Assembly: GCA_000092065.1 (NCBI GenBank)
Contig: CP000594.1
Reading direction: 5' to 3' (one strand)
DNA from: Ostreococcus lucimarinus
Lineage: Eukaryota
DNA length: 64,000 bases
Below, one piece after another: positions 20,099 to 29,145 of this stretch. Each line of letters starts with the position of its first letter. The first letter of the stretch is position 1. The notes beneath the pieces are model-generated. The model saw only the letters and a list, made by a program, of their open reading frames with translations. It searched no databases and was not told where the DNA came from. The position numbers were made by a program, and so were the translations under genes.

Positions 20099-20268
20099 AT
20101 AAAAACCCGTCTCGCACTGCGCACCATACGTGATATCAACAAAACCCGTCTCGCACTGCGCACCATACGACGCGAGCAGTGATATGAAAACCCGTCTCGC
20201 ACTGCGCACCATACGACGCGCGCAGTGATATCAACAAAACCCATCTCGCACTGCGCACCATACGACGC
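20099..20268. repeat. Tandem array of about 3.5 copies of a roughly 46-bp unit (AAAACCCGTCTCGCACTGCGCACCATACGACGCG[CA]GCAGTGATATCAAC) in the AATF/PsaD bidirectional promoter
   Basis: Direct reading of lines 20101-20280. The core CCGTCTCGCACTGCGCACCATACG occurs four times at about 46-48 bp spacing. Confidence 0.85.
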
Positions 20269-20389
20269 TACCGCGGCGTATCTCGCGCGCCGCGCGTATC
20301 GCGAGCGATCGCGCGCGGCCGACGCGGGCGCGGCACACGCGCGCGCCCGACGCCCGCGCCCCCGAACTTCGCGGACGCGACACACGACG

Positions 20390-20617
20390 ATGTTTGCCAT
20401 CTCCAGCTCCGCGCTGACGCCGCGCGCGACGGTCGCGAACGCGACGCGCACGCGACGATCGACGACCGCGCGACGATCGACGGCGATCCGCGCCGAGGCG
20501 GAGGGCGCGAAGGCGGCGCCGGCGGCGCCGAAGGCGTGGACGGCGCCGAAGTTGAACCCGAACACGCCGTCGCCGATTTTCGGTGGTTCCACCGGCGGTC
20601 TGTTGAGAAAGGCGCAG
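20390..20617 (+). CDS. PSAD: Photosystem I reaction centre subunit II (PsaD) precursor, exon 1 (transit peptide plus ...[23 protein letters not shown])
   Basis: ATG at 20390. GTGCGC donor at 20618. Conserved PsaD N-terminal motif. Confidence 0.8.
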
Positions 20618-20946
20618 GTGCGCGAGCGACGAGGGAGCGGCGAACGCGCGCGACGATCGAGGCGCGGGCGGGATACGCGACGAACCTAGGGGTGATGATT
20701 GGGGCGATTGGGGCGCCGGCGAACGGAGGGGGGGGGGCGAACGATGCGCGAACGATGCGTCGAGTTTCTTTGCGGCGCGGGCGCGCGGGCGATCGGGGGG
20801 GGGTCGAACGCGCGCGACGACGCGCGCGCAATCGCGCGATCGGGCGCGGTGGGATGGGAACGTTTGGCGCGAGGCGCGCGGGGGGGATTTCAAAGACGAC
20901 GACGACGCGAGACTGACGGATGCGATGATGCGTTTGACGCGTGTAG

Positions 20947-21006
20947 GTTGAGGAGTTCTACGTGCTGACGTGGGAAGCGAAGAAGGAAGCCATCTTCGAG
21001 ATGCCG
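20947..21006 (+). CDS. PSAD: PsaD exon 2 (VEEFYVLTWEAKKEAIFEMP)
   Basis: Acceptor GTGTAG at 20941-20946 with a CGAGACTGACG branch motif upstream. GTGCGT donor at 21007. The peptide matches plant PsaD EEFYVITWESPKEQIFEMP. Confidence 0.8.
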
Positions 21007-21163
21007 GTGCGTGGACGAGGCGAGCGCGAAGGCGCGCGCGCGCGAAGATATCGCGCGCTTTGAAACGACGCGACGACGAAGAGGCAAAGATTGGGGATGC
21101 GCGACGCGATCGTGGACGCGAAACAGCGACTGACGTGATGAAACGTGTATTTTGCATCCGCAG

Positions 21164-21454
21164 ACCGGTGGTGCCGCGATCATGCGCAAGGGCCCGAACC
21201 TGTTGAAGCTCGCGCGCAAGGAGCAATGCCTCGCGCTTTTGAACAACTTCCGCGCGAAGATGAAGCTCGACGGCTGCATCTACCGCGTGTTCCCGTCCGG
21301 TGAGGTGCAATACTTGCACCCGAAGGATGGTGTGTACCCGGAGAAGGTGAACAAGGGTCGCGTCGGTGCCAACCAGAACATGCGATCGATCGGCAAGAAC
21401 ACCAACCCGGCGTCGATCAAGTTCCAAGGCAAGCTCGGCCCGTTCGAAGTTTAG
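21164..21454 (+). CDS. PSAD: PsaD exon 3 ([26 protein letters not shown]...[24 protein letters not shown]...)
   Basis: Acceptor CCGCAG at 21158-21163 with a GCGACTGACG branch motif upstream. In frame with ORF 21152..21454. Strongly conserved PsaD core. Confidence 0.85.
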   Translation, partial: TGGAAIMRKGPNLLKLARKEQCLALLNNFRAKMKLDGCIYRVFPSGEVQYLHPKDGVYPEKVNKGRVGANQNMRSIGKNTNPASIKFQGKLGPFEV

Positions 21455-21879
21455 ACAGACGGCTCGCGCTCGCCGCGCACCGAGGGTTCGGTCGTCGTCG
21501 TCGAGTCGCCGCTCGAGTCAGATGTCCGTCGATGTGTTTCACTCTTCGCGATGCGAAGTCAACGCGAGATGGCGCTCGTTTGAATTATTAGAATTCTTCG
21601 ACGTCCCTCGCGCTTTGCGTCGCGTCGAGCGCGCTTCGACGTTCGCGGCGTCTGATTTCTTCGCGCGGCGTCGCTCGACGCTTCGATCTCACCCTCTGCG
21701 CGCGATCGTGATGTAAATCACGCCTCCTAGCCAAACTAATTGCAGTAACACACAGATTTTCACTGTTCATCCGCGCGCGCGCGTTCGCCCGCCCGCGCGC
21801 GATCGCCGGTCGCCGGTCGAGATCTTCGCCGCGATGACGCTGGCTGCGCGCCGTGGAATGACGCACATCGTATTTTAGA

Positions 21880-21960
21880 GCCATTATATATGCAAGATAC
21901 GTTTTTAGGGTTTACCTATAATTTCGCGCGATCGGATCTTATCTGAGAAAATCTATACTG
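21880..21960 (+). promoter_or_regulatory. AT-rich island (TTATATATGCAAGATACGTTTTTAGGGTTTACCTATAATTTCG) between the PsaD 3' end and the CHL27 ATG. Candidate PsaD polyadenylation region and/or CHL27 core promoter (TATA-like).
   Basis: Sharp local AT enrichment in otherwise ~65% GC DNA, about 170-250 bp upstream of the ATG at 22127. Confidence 0.3.
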
Positions 21961-22126
21961 TTTGCGCATACGACGCGGACGCCCTCGGGACGACCCGCAT
22001 CGGATAAGCGCCGACGATCGTCACAGCACGCCTCGCGTTCGCCGCTCCGTCCGCTCGCGACGCCGTGACGAAAGCAGACGCACGTAACACTTTGCGCACG
22101 CACCACCGCACGCCTCGACGAGCGAC

Positions 22127-23353
22127 ATGCACGCGTTCACCATGCGCGCGAGCGCGATGAAGACGCCGGTGGCGAAGATGACGTCGAGATCGCGATCGGC
22201 GACGCGACGCCAAGGCGCCGTGGTCGTCCGCGCGGCCGCGGCGACGGACGCGGAGACTGGGATCAAGAAGATGCGCGAGGGTATCAAGGAGGCGGCGAAC
22301 GAAAACTTGTTGACGCCGCGATTTTACACGACGGATTTCGACGAGATGGAGCGCCTGTTCAGCACGGAGATCAACCCGAACTTGGACGAGACGGAGATTA
22401 ACGCCATCTTGAACGAGTTCCGCGAGGATTTCAACCAGAAGCACTTCGTGCGCAACGATGAGTTCAAGGCGGCGGCGGATCAGATCAAGGGTGAGCCGCG
22501 CAGAATTTTCATCGAGTTTTTGGAGCGCTCGTGCACGGCGGAGTTTAGCGGGTTTTTGTTGTACAAGGAACTCGGCCGCAGATTGAAGAAGACGGCCCCG
22601 GCGGTGGCGGAGATCTTCACGTTGATGTCCCGCGACGAGGCGCGTCACGCTGGGTTCTTGAACAAGGCGATGAGCGATTTCAACTTGGCGCTCGACCTCG
22701 GGTTTTTGACCAAGAACCGCCAATACACGTTTTTCCAGCCGAAGTTCATCATGTACGCCACGTACTTGAGCGAAAAGATTGGCTACTGGCGTTACATCTC
22801 CATCTACCGCCACTTGCAAGCGAATCCGGACGAGCAATTGTACCCGTTGTTCAAGTACTTTGAGAACTGGTGCCAAGACGAAAACCGTCACGGCGACTTC
22901 TTCTCGGCGATTTTGAAGGCGCGCCCGGAGTTGATCAACACCACCGAAGCGAAGCTCTGGTCTCGATTCTTCTGCTTGTCCGTGTACGTCACCATGTACT
23001 TGAACGATCACGGCCGCAGTGAGTTCTACGAATCGCTCGGTTTGGACACGACGCAATTCAACATGCACGTCATTCACCAAACCAACAAGACGACGGCGAC
23101 GATTTTCCCGCAAGTCATCGACACCTACAACCCGGAGTTCAAGGCGCGTCTCGACAAGCTCGTCGGCGTGAACACCCAACTCCAAGCCATCGGTAAGGGT
23201 GAAGGTTCGGAAATCATGAAGAACTTGCAAAAGGCGCCGCTCATCGCCACCTTCGCGGGTGAGTTGATCGGTTTGTTGGCCATGGCTCCGGTCGACGCCG
23301 GTTCCATCGACTTGACCGGCGTTCCGGAATCCGACCCGTCCTTCATGTACTAA
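22127..23353 (+). CDS. CHL27: Mg-protoporphyrin IX monomethyl ester (oxidative) cyclase, plastid di-iron enzyme (CHL27/CRD1/AcsF)
   Basis: ATG at 22127. Full-length match to AcsF/CHL27 ([56 protein letters not shown]) with an N-terminal transit peptide. Confidence 0.9.
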   Translation: MHAFTMRASAMKTPVAKMTSRSRSATRRQGAVVVRAAAATDAETGIKKMREGIKEAANENLLTPRFYTTDFDEMERLFSTEINPNLDETEINAILNEFREDFNQKHFVRNDEFKAAADQIKGEPRRIFIEFLERSCTAEFSGFLLYKELGRRLKKTAPAVAEIFTLMSRDEARHAGFLNKAMSDFNLALDLGFLTKNRQYTFFQPKFIMYATYLSEKIGYWRYISIYRHLQANPDEQLYPLFKYFENWCQDENRHGDFFSAILKARPELINTTEAKLWSRFFCLSVYVTMYLNDHGRSEFYESLGLDTTQFNMHVIHQTNKTTATIFPQVIDTYNPEFKARLDKLVGVNTQLQAIGKGEGSEIMKNLQKAPLIATFAGELIGLLAMAPVDAGSIDLTGVPESDPSFMY

Positions 23354-23755
23354 GCGACAGTCACAGACGGCGACGAGGAGGACACACCAGCAACCATTTT
23401 AGCGCAACACACATCCACAAAAACGTGATTTTATCGTCACATCTTTTCAAGATTCTTAAAGTCTTCGGCGCCGTTCGCGCCGCCGGCGAACGATATCGCG
23501 AAACGAGCCAACACGCTTGGTATTTCCACTTTATTGTATTGGCGCGTAGTCTCGCTTTATAATATTACACAAGATTCGAAATGTTTATCCTCCTCGCGCA
23601 CTCGATCGCGTCGCGCGTTCGATTCCGCGCGTTCGACGTCCGCGCGTTCGACGTCTGCGCGCCGCGCCTCCCCGTCTCGTCCTCATTCCACCGCGCGTCC
23701 GCGCATCCGCGCGTCTGCGCGCCGCCCGCGTCCGCGCGCGCTCAACGAACGTACC

Positions 23756-25660
23756 ATGCGTCGTTTCATGCGCGACGCCTCGCGCTTAGAGCGCGACGCC
23801 AAGGCTGAGCACGATTTTTATCATTCATTAATCAGTCAGTTGCAGACGGAATTGGAAGACGCGAAACACTCGAGCGAATTACTGCGCGCCGAGCTCGATC
23901 GCGCGCGCGAGGGACGGTCGCGAGACGTCGCATCTTCGTCCGCGACGACGCCGAGCGGCGACGCGACGAACGCGAGGGAGACGACGACGGTGGGGGTGGA
24001 AAGGGAGACGCGAGGGGAGGACGAGGCGACGCGAGACGCGAAAGCGGAGGAGACGGAGCGGGAATTGATCGCGTTGCGCGCGAAAGTCGCAGCGTTGAGC
24101 GCGCAAAGCGAAAAAAGTGAGAGTGATGCGAATGATGACGCGGAACGCGCGCGGATGGTGGAGGAGTTGGATGAGATGCGAGAACACATGCGAACGGCGA
24201 CGGCGAGCGCGCATCGAGCGAACGCCGAGGTGAACGCGGTGGCGCATCAAAATCGGACGTTGATGGAAAAAGAACGACGACGCGCGAACGCGGCAGAGGC
24301 GAGAATAAAAGAACTCATGGATCTCATGGAACAGCAGGTAAATGGTGAGGACGCGGCGATGCGTAAGCGCGCGGAGGCGTTAGAGGAAGCGTTGACAACG
24401 TCGACGAGCGAAGTCGAGACGCTTCGCTCGGAGAACGAGGAACTAGAGGTGCGGTTGCGAGCCGTGATCGAGCGCTTGGATGCGATTGAGTCATCCGTGG
24501 ATGTGAGTGAGTCATCCGCGCTCGCGGTGGTGGTGGAGGAGAAGGAACGCGCGATGATGGGTCGGGCGTACGCCGACGAAGCGGCGACTTCGCTTCGACG
24601 CTCGGCGCTCGAGGCGCGAGCGGCGGCGAACGCGTTTCGCGCTCGCCTGTACCCCGACGGTGATCCTGAAAGTGACGATGCGCGAATGTTGGTGATCGTA
24701 CACGCCGTGCTCGAGGGACATCCGTTTGACGACGCGAGTCGCGACGTCACAAACGCCGTTCGAGCACGTCTGCGATCGCACGGGGAAGAACGACTGGTGA
24801 TTCTCGTGAGCGAAAATCTGTGCGATTTGATTCCAGACGACGCCGTGAACGCGCCGATGAGCTTAGGCGCCAAAATCTCTCTGCGAGACGTCGAAAATAC
24901 GACGAACCGACGACCCGCGACGTTGCGCATAACGTATGCGTTCGACGTGCGCGATTCGCAAACAGGCGATGTCGTCAAGGGCGACGAGCGAATGATCACC
25001 ATTCCCGTCGGCGCCGCCGGGACTCCGCACGCGTTCGCCATGCAAAGCGTATGGCTCGAAGCCGCGTGCACCGGCATAGAAGACGCTCTCAAAGCGTCTT
25101 ATTCGCGATTGAGAGACGCCGAAAGCACGGCGAGCGCTGCCAAAGTACGCGCCATCGCGTTGCAAGGCGAAGCCGCGCGAATGCGTCACCATGGAGGCAG
25201 TTCGGCTCGAGCACAAGCTCTCGAGCGACGAGAACTCGAGATTGAAAGGCGCGAGGCCCAACTCAACGCCGAGGTCGTGGAAATCGAAGGCATGGTTGCG
25301 CGCGCGCGGGAAGAAGCCGAAGCCATGCGCCGCGAGGCGAACCGCATCGTCGCCGACGCCTCGGCGAGTCTCCGCGTCAAGGATGACGAAATCGAACGCC
25401 TGCGCGCGCTACAATCGTCCGTCACTCGCGCGCAAAACCGGTCGAAATCTTGGCGTCGAGAGACCGCCGCCGCGCGTTTAACCGCCGCCGCCGACGACGA
25501 CGCTTCCAACGCTCGAAGACTCGCCGCCGCCGGCAACCATCGCGCCGCGGCGTCCTCTTTAGAAAACGCCGAGCGTCGTCTCGCGAGAATCACCGCCGCG
25601 TGCGTCGCCAAATCTACCGCTCGAGCGTTGGCGCCCGTAGACAACGTAAACTTGATGTAA
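23756..25660 (+). CDS. Long coiled-coil protein of unknown function
   Basis: First ATG at 23756 (the ORF-track start at 23534 is TTG). Heptad-rich E/R/A/L composition throughout. Confidence 0.45.
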   Translation: MRRFMRDASRLERDAKAEHDFYHSLISQLQTELEDAKHSSELLRAELDRAREGRSRDVASSSATTPSGDATNARETTTVGVERETRGEDEATRDAKAEETERELIALRAKVAALSAQSEKSESDANDDAERARMVEELDEMREHMRTATASAHRANAEVNAVAHQNRTLMEKERRRANAAEARIKELMDLMEQQVNGEDAAMRKRAEALEEALTTSTSEVETLRSENEELEVRLRAVIERLDAIESSVDVSESSALAVVVEEKERAMMGRAYADEAATSLRRSALEARAAANAFRARLYPDGDPESDDARMLVIVHAVLEGHPFDDASRDVTNAVRARLRSHGEERLVILVSENLCDLIPDDAVNAPMSLGAKISLRDVENTTNRRPATLRITYAFDVRDSQTGDVVKGDERMITIPVGAAGTPHAFAMQSVWLEAACTGIEDALKASYSRLRDAESTASAAKVRAIALQGEAARMRHHGGSSARAQALERRELEIERREAQLNAEVVEIEGMVARAREEAEAMRREANRIVADASASLRVKDDEIERLRALQSSVTRAQNRSKSWRRETAAARLTAAADDDASNARRLAAAGNHRAAASSLENAERRLARITAACVAKSTARALAPVDNVNLM

Positions 25661-25709
25661 ATCGACGTCCGCGCCTCGCCGCGCGTCACACCTCGCCGCG
25701 CCGCGCGGC

Positions 25710-26147
25710 ATGGACAAGTACTACCCCGACCCAGACGCGCCGCTCCGACCGCCGCCGCCGTCGCAGCCGACGCAGCCGCACGCCGGCGCCACCGTCGCGC
25801 ACGGTGATCCCGCTCGAACGACCGTCGTCGTCTTACCGAGCGCGTACGCGCCGCAGACGCCGCAGCCGTCGGTGCCGAGTCAACAGATACCGACGGGTTT
25901 GCCGGTCGGTCAGGCGCGGCCGGCGTACTTGGGAGCGACGCGAGGGCACGAGCGACAAATCGTGAGCTGCGAGCGATGCGGACACAGCGGTCCCGCGGAC
26001 GTGGTCAAGGTCAGAGGGGCGGCGAGCTGCTTCGCGGCCATCGTGACGTTTGGGATATCCGCGTGCCTTTGCGGAGACGCGTTCTCGGATACGTATCACC
26101 ACTGCGCGAATTGCTCGGCGGTGTTAGCGTTCGCGAAATTAGCGTAG
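25710..26147 (+). CDS. LITAF/SIMPLE-like zinc-ribbon membrane protein with a Pro-rich N-terminus
   Basis: ATG at 25710. CxxC knuckle (CERCGH), hydrophobic hairpin (ASCFAAIVTFGISACLC) and HxCxxC (HHCANC) in LITAF-domain order. Confidence 0.65.
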   Translation: MDKYYPDPDAPLRPPPPSQPTQPHAGATVAHGDPARTTVVVLPSAYAPQTPQPSVPSQQIPTGLPVGQARPAYLGATRGHERQIVSCERCGHSGPADVVKVRGAASCFAAIVTFGISACLCGDAFSDTYHHCANCSAVLAFAKLA

Positions 26148-26215
26148 ACGATGCGATGCGTGGATGACGCGCGCGCGCGATGTAAATAATGTTCGATTCC
26201 TGTGTCGCCGCGGGA

Positions 26216-27976
26216 CTAAAATCCAAAGAAGGAGCCGAGCGTCGACGGGGGCGCGTTTTTCGCCTTGAGCGCCTCGTGCTCGAGCGCGAGCTCGCGAAGT
26301 TTGGTCTCGAGCGCGGTCTTCGCGGCGGTTTCCGTCTCCACGACGGATTCGAGGTCCTTGATCTTCTTCTTGAACGCGGCGGACGAGCCGGTGCCGAGTA
26401 GAGCGCCGAATAATCCCCCAGAGTCCTCGGCTTCGAGCTCGGCGAGCGCGGTCGAGAGCGACTCCACTTCTTTCTTCAGCTTCTCGTTTTGCGAGCGAAG
26501 TGTCGTCATCGATGCGTCTGTGGAGGCGGCGTGCTTCGCTTGAAGCGTCGTGTTTTGCGCCGTGACCTCCTCGATGAGTTTTTGATATTCGCTCTCGTTC
26601 TTCTCGTACGATTCCAACGCGGCTTTCAGCTCGGATTCCAAATCGCGCACGCGGGATTCCAAATTCTTTGCTCGAGTCTCGCTCTCGAGCGTCGAAGCCT
26701 CGGTCGATTTCGCCAACGCAGTCTTCACGCGCTCGAGCTCGCTCGTGAGCGCGGCGACGCGCGCCGTCGATTCTCGCTCAGCCTTGGCCGAAGCCGCGAG
26801 CGCAGCGACGGTTTTCTCGAGTTCTCCTTCCAAACGCGCAATCGTCGTCACACGCGCTTCGTTTTCGGCGCTTACGCGCGCCATCTCGTCACGCAGCTCT
26901 TTATGGCTCTGCTCCAGTTCGTGCTCGCGCTCGTCAAAGCTCGTGTTTAACGCTTTCTCTTTCATCAGCACAGCAGCATTTTGCTCTCTCGCCGCAGCGG
27001 ACATTTCCTTGGTCGCGATGTCGAGCGCGGCGGTGACTTCAGCGACGCGCACTTCGAGCTCCTTGATTCGTATCTTCGCTGTGCGCTCTGACGTCTTTGC
27101 ATCGGTGAGTTCTTGCACCAAGTTGTGCTGAATCGTCGTCTGCTGTGCGATTTGCGACGATAAGGTGTTGCTCTGCGACGAGCGATGGGCGTCGAAATCC
27201 GCGCGCGCCTTGCTGAGCTGTGTCTTGAGCTCGTCAATCTCTGAAACGTGCGCAGCGACTTTGGCATCGAAATCGCGCTTAGCATCGCTCACCGCACGTT
27301 CGATCTGCGTCACGCGATCTATTTCGCTCGAGTTTGCCGCTTCCGCAAGTCGATGAGATTCCTCGCGCGCGACGCGCAACGCCTCGACGGCTTCATCGCG
27401 CGCCTTTCTCGCAGCGTCCAACTCTTCGCGCAAACGTAACGCGCTCTCTCGCGTATCCGCAAGATCTCTTTCGTACCGCGCCGTCATCGTCTGTCGAGAT
27501 CGCACCAAGGCATCGTCGTTCCCCGCCGACGGACGCGGCTTCAACGGCGACGTCGACGCCGACGTTCCCGCCTCGCTCTCTTTACTCGCCCTCTCCAGCT
27601 TCTCCCTCAAATCATCCAACCGCTCGTTCAAATCCGTCGTCTCCTTTTTCAATCGCTCCGTCTTCGCCCTGTGCGTCGCCCGCTCCTCCTCCGCCCGTCG
27701 TCCGAACGCCTTCGTCGGCGACGGCGACGCCGACCCTCGCGCCGACCGCGTCCCCAACGGTTCATACATCGCCCTTCGCGTCCGCTCGTGCGATCGTCCC
27801 GCGTCCCGCCGCCGCGTCAACTCTTCGCTAAGCAACCGTCGGCTCGCCATCACCTTGGCCCGCAGCGCCTCCGCGCGTCGCAACGCTTCGAGTCGTTCGT
27901 GCTCGAGCCACATCATCGAGTTTTGCGCAACATTCGTCGTTCGCGCGGCTCCGTGCGGCGCCGATTCGAGCGCCAT
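26216..27976 (-). CDS. Long coiled-coil protein (586 aa) of unknown function, divergently paired with PACRG. Possible flagellar/basal-body component.
   Basis: ATG at 27976. Continuous heptad-repeat composition. Convergent stop only about 68 bp from the LITAF stop. Confidence 0.5.
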   Translation of the reverse strand: MALESAPHGAARTTNVAQNSMMWLEHERLEALRRAEALRAKVMASRRLLSEELTRRRDAGRSHERTRRAMYEPLGTRSARGSASPSPTKAFGRRAEEERATHRAKTERLKKETTDLNERLDDLREKLERASKESEAGTSASTSPLKPRPSAGNDDALVRSRQTMTARYERDLADTRESALRLREELDAARKARDEAVEALRVAREESHRLAEAANSSEIDRVTQIERAVSDAKRDFDAKVAAHVSEIDELKTQLSKARADFDAHRSSQSNTLSSQIAQQTTIQHNLVQELTDAKTSERTAKIRIKELEVRVAEVTAALDIATKEMSAAAREQNAAVLMKEKALNTSFDEREHELEQSHKELRDEMARVSAENEARVTTIARLEGELEKTVAALAASAKAERESTARVAALTSELERVKTALAKSTEASTLESETRAKNLESRVRDLESELKAALESYEKNESEYQKLIEEVTAQNTTLQAKHAASTDASMTTLRSQNEKLKKEVESLSTALAELEAEDSGGLFGALLGTGSSAAFKKKIKDLESVVETETAAKTALETKLRELALEHEALKAKNAPPSTLGSFFGF

Positions 27977-28212
27977 CGCGTCGCGCGCGCGCGCGCGCTT
28001 CGCGACTGTGTCGCGTGAAGCGCACGCGGCGTTCGAGGTGCGCTCGAGCGCTCGGCGCGAGCGAACGCGGGCGAATGTGACGCCGTCGGAATTAAGTTCC
28101 CCCGTCGGTTGGGAAACAAATCGACGTTTTGGGATCGAGCCGACAAAAATAGCAACGCGCCACTCGGCGACGCGCGCGCGGGCGATCGACGACGCGAAGA
28201 GCGCGAGAAACG

Positions 28213-28962
28213 ATGAGAAACGCGGCGACGGATTTAAACGCGTCGCGGGCGAAGGCGACGACGCAACCGCGACGCGTGCGAACGCGGTTTCGACAAAAGT
28301 ACGACGCCGGGGAGATACCGGCGCGCGTGGCGCACGGAACCGGCGCGAACGCGATCGCGTGGCGCGTCGATCCGAGCGCGCTCGACGCGAGCGCGTACTT
28401 GCCGTTGTTTATCGATGGGTTAAAGGAGACGAAGCATCCGTATCGCTTGCTCGCGGTGCGAGGCGGGATCGAGTTGACGCGCGCGTGCGGCGAACGCGCG
28501 TTGCTCGACGCCTTGCCACGGTCAGTCTTGCCGATGAAAGAAGCGCTCGGAACGGGCGACATGGCCGTGACCGCCGTCGCGCTCGAGCTCTTGCGAGAGT
28601 TCGTCAAGGTATCGCCGTCGATCGGTGAGGCTTTGGTACCGTATTACAGAAATCTGCTCCCGGCGTTGAACGCGTTGAAAGACGTCTCCGACGTCTACGT
28701 CTCTCTCGTCAACTTAACCGACTGTCGCTCCTGGCGCGAGCCTCACCGTCGTTCCCGCGTCACCGACGACGCCTCGGACGTCGCCGACGACGTCGACCGC
28801 TTTCCCTCGCGCGAAATCGTCGGCTGCGGCCGCTCCAAGCGCAACATCGGCTCTCTCGTTCGCGCCACTCTTCGCGCGCTCGAGCGTCGCGGCGGCGCCG
28901 ACGCTCTGGTGAACATCAAGTACCAAATTCCCACGTATCAGAGCTGCGTTCGCTGCGAGTGA
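28213..28962 (+). CDS. PACRG: Parkin co-regulated gene protein (PACRG), an axonemal doublet-microtubule inner junction protein. Carries an extra ~38-aa segment before the conserved C-terminal KRNIGSLV...VNIKYQIPTYQSC.
   Basis: ATG at 28213. Conserved PACRG blocks YLPLFIDGLKETKHPYRLLA, ALVPYYRNLLPALNALK, KRNIGSL...NIKYQIPTYQSC. Confidence 0.75.
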   Translation: MRNAATDLNASRAKATTQPRRVRTRFRQKYDAGEIPARVAHGTGANAIAWRVDPSALDASAYLPLFIDGLKETKHPYRLLAVRGGIELTRACGERALLDALPRSVLPMKEALGTGDMAVTAVALELLREFVKVSPSIGEALVPYYRNLLPALNALKDVSDVYVSLVNLTDCRSWREPHRRSRVTDDASDVADDVDRFPSREIVGCGRSKRNIGSLVRATLRALERRGGADALVNIKYQIPTYQSCVRCE

Positions 28963-29145
28963 GCGTCGACCGGGCGTCGCTCGACGCGCGCGGTCCGCCG
29001 TCGCGCGCTTACAAAATGCAAGACTGTATACAACACGGCCAATCATCCGAACCTTTAAGCCCCCTTTAACGAGAATCGCGACGATATCGACACTTCGCGC
29101 CTCGCGCTTCGCGCCTCACGCGCGCGCGCGCGTCGATCGGTGACG

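Noticed and set aside
20099-20268. Possibility that the 46-bp repeats or the short introns are Micromonas-type introner elements or a transposon insertion
   Set aside because: The repeat array is intergenic (promoter), not intronic. It has no terminal inverted repeats or target-site duplication that I can see. The introns found differ widely in length and sequence apart from splice signals. I cannot run a genome-wide copy count, so a mobile origin is not excluded, only unsupported.
21455-21720. Small plus-strand ORFs (21366..21716, 21588..21884) downstream of PsaD
   Set aside because: They lie in the PsaD 3' UTR or intergenic spacer with no protein-like composition. The AT-rich terminator/promoter island follows immediately.
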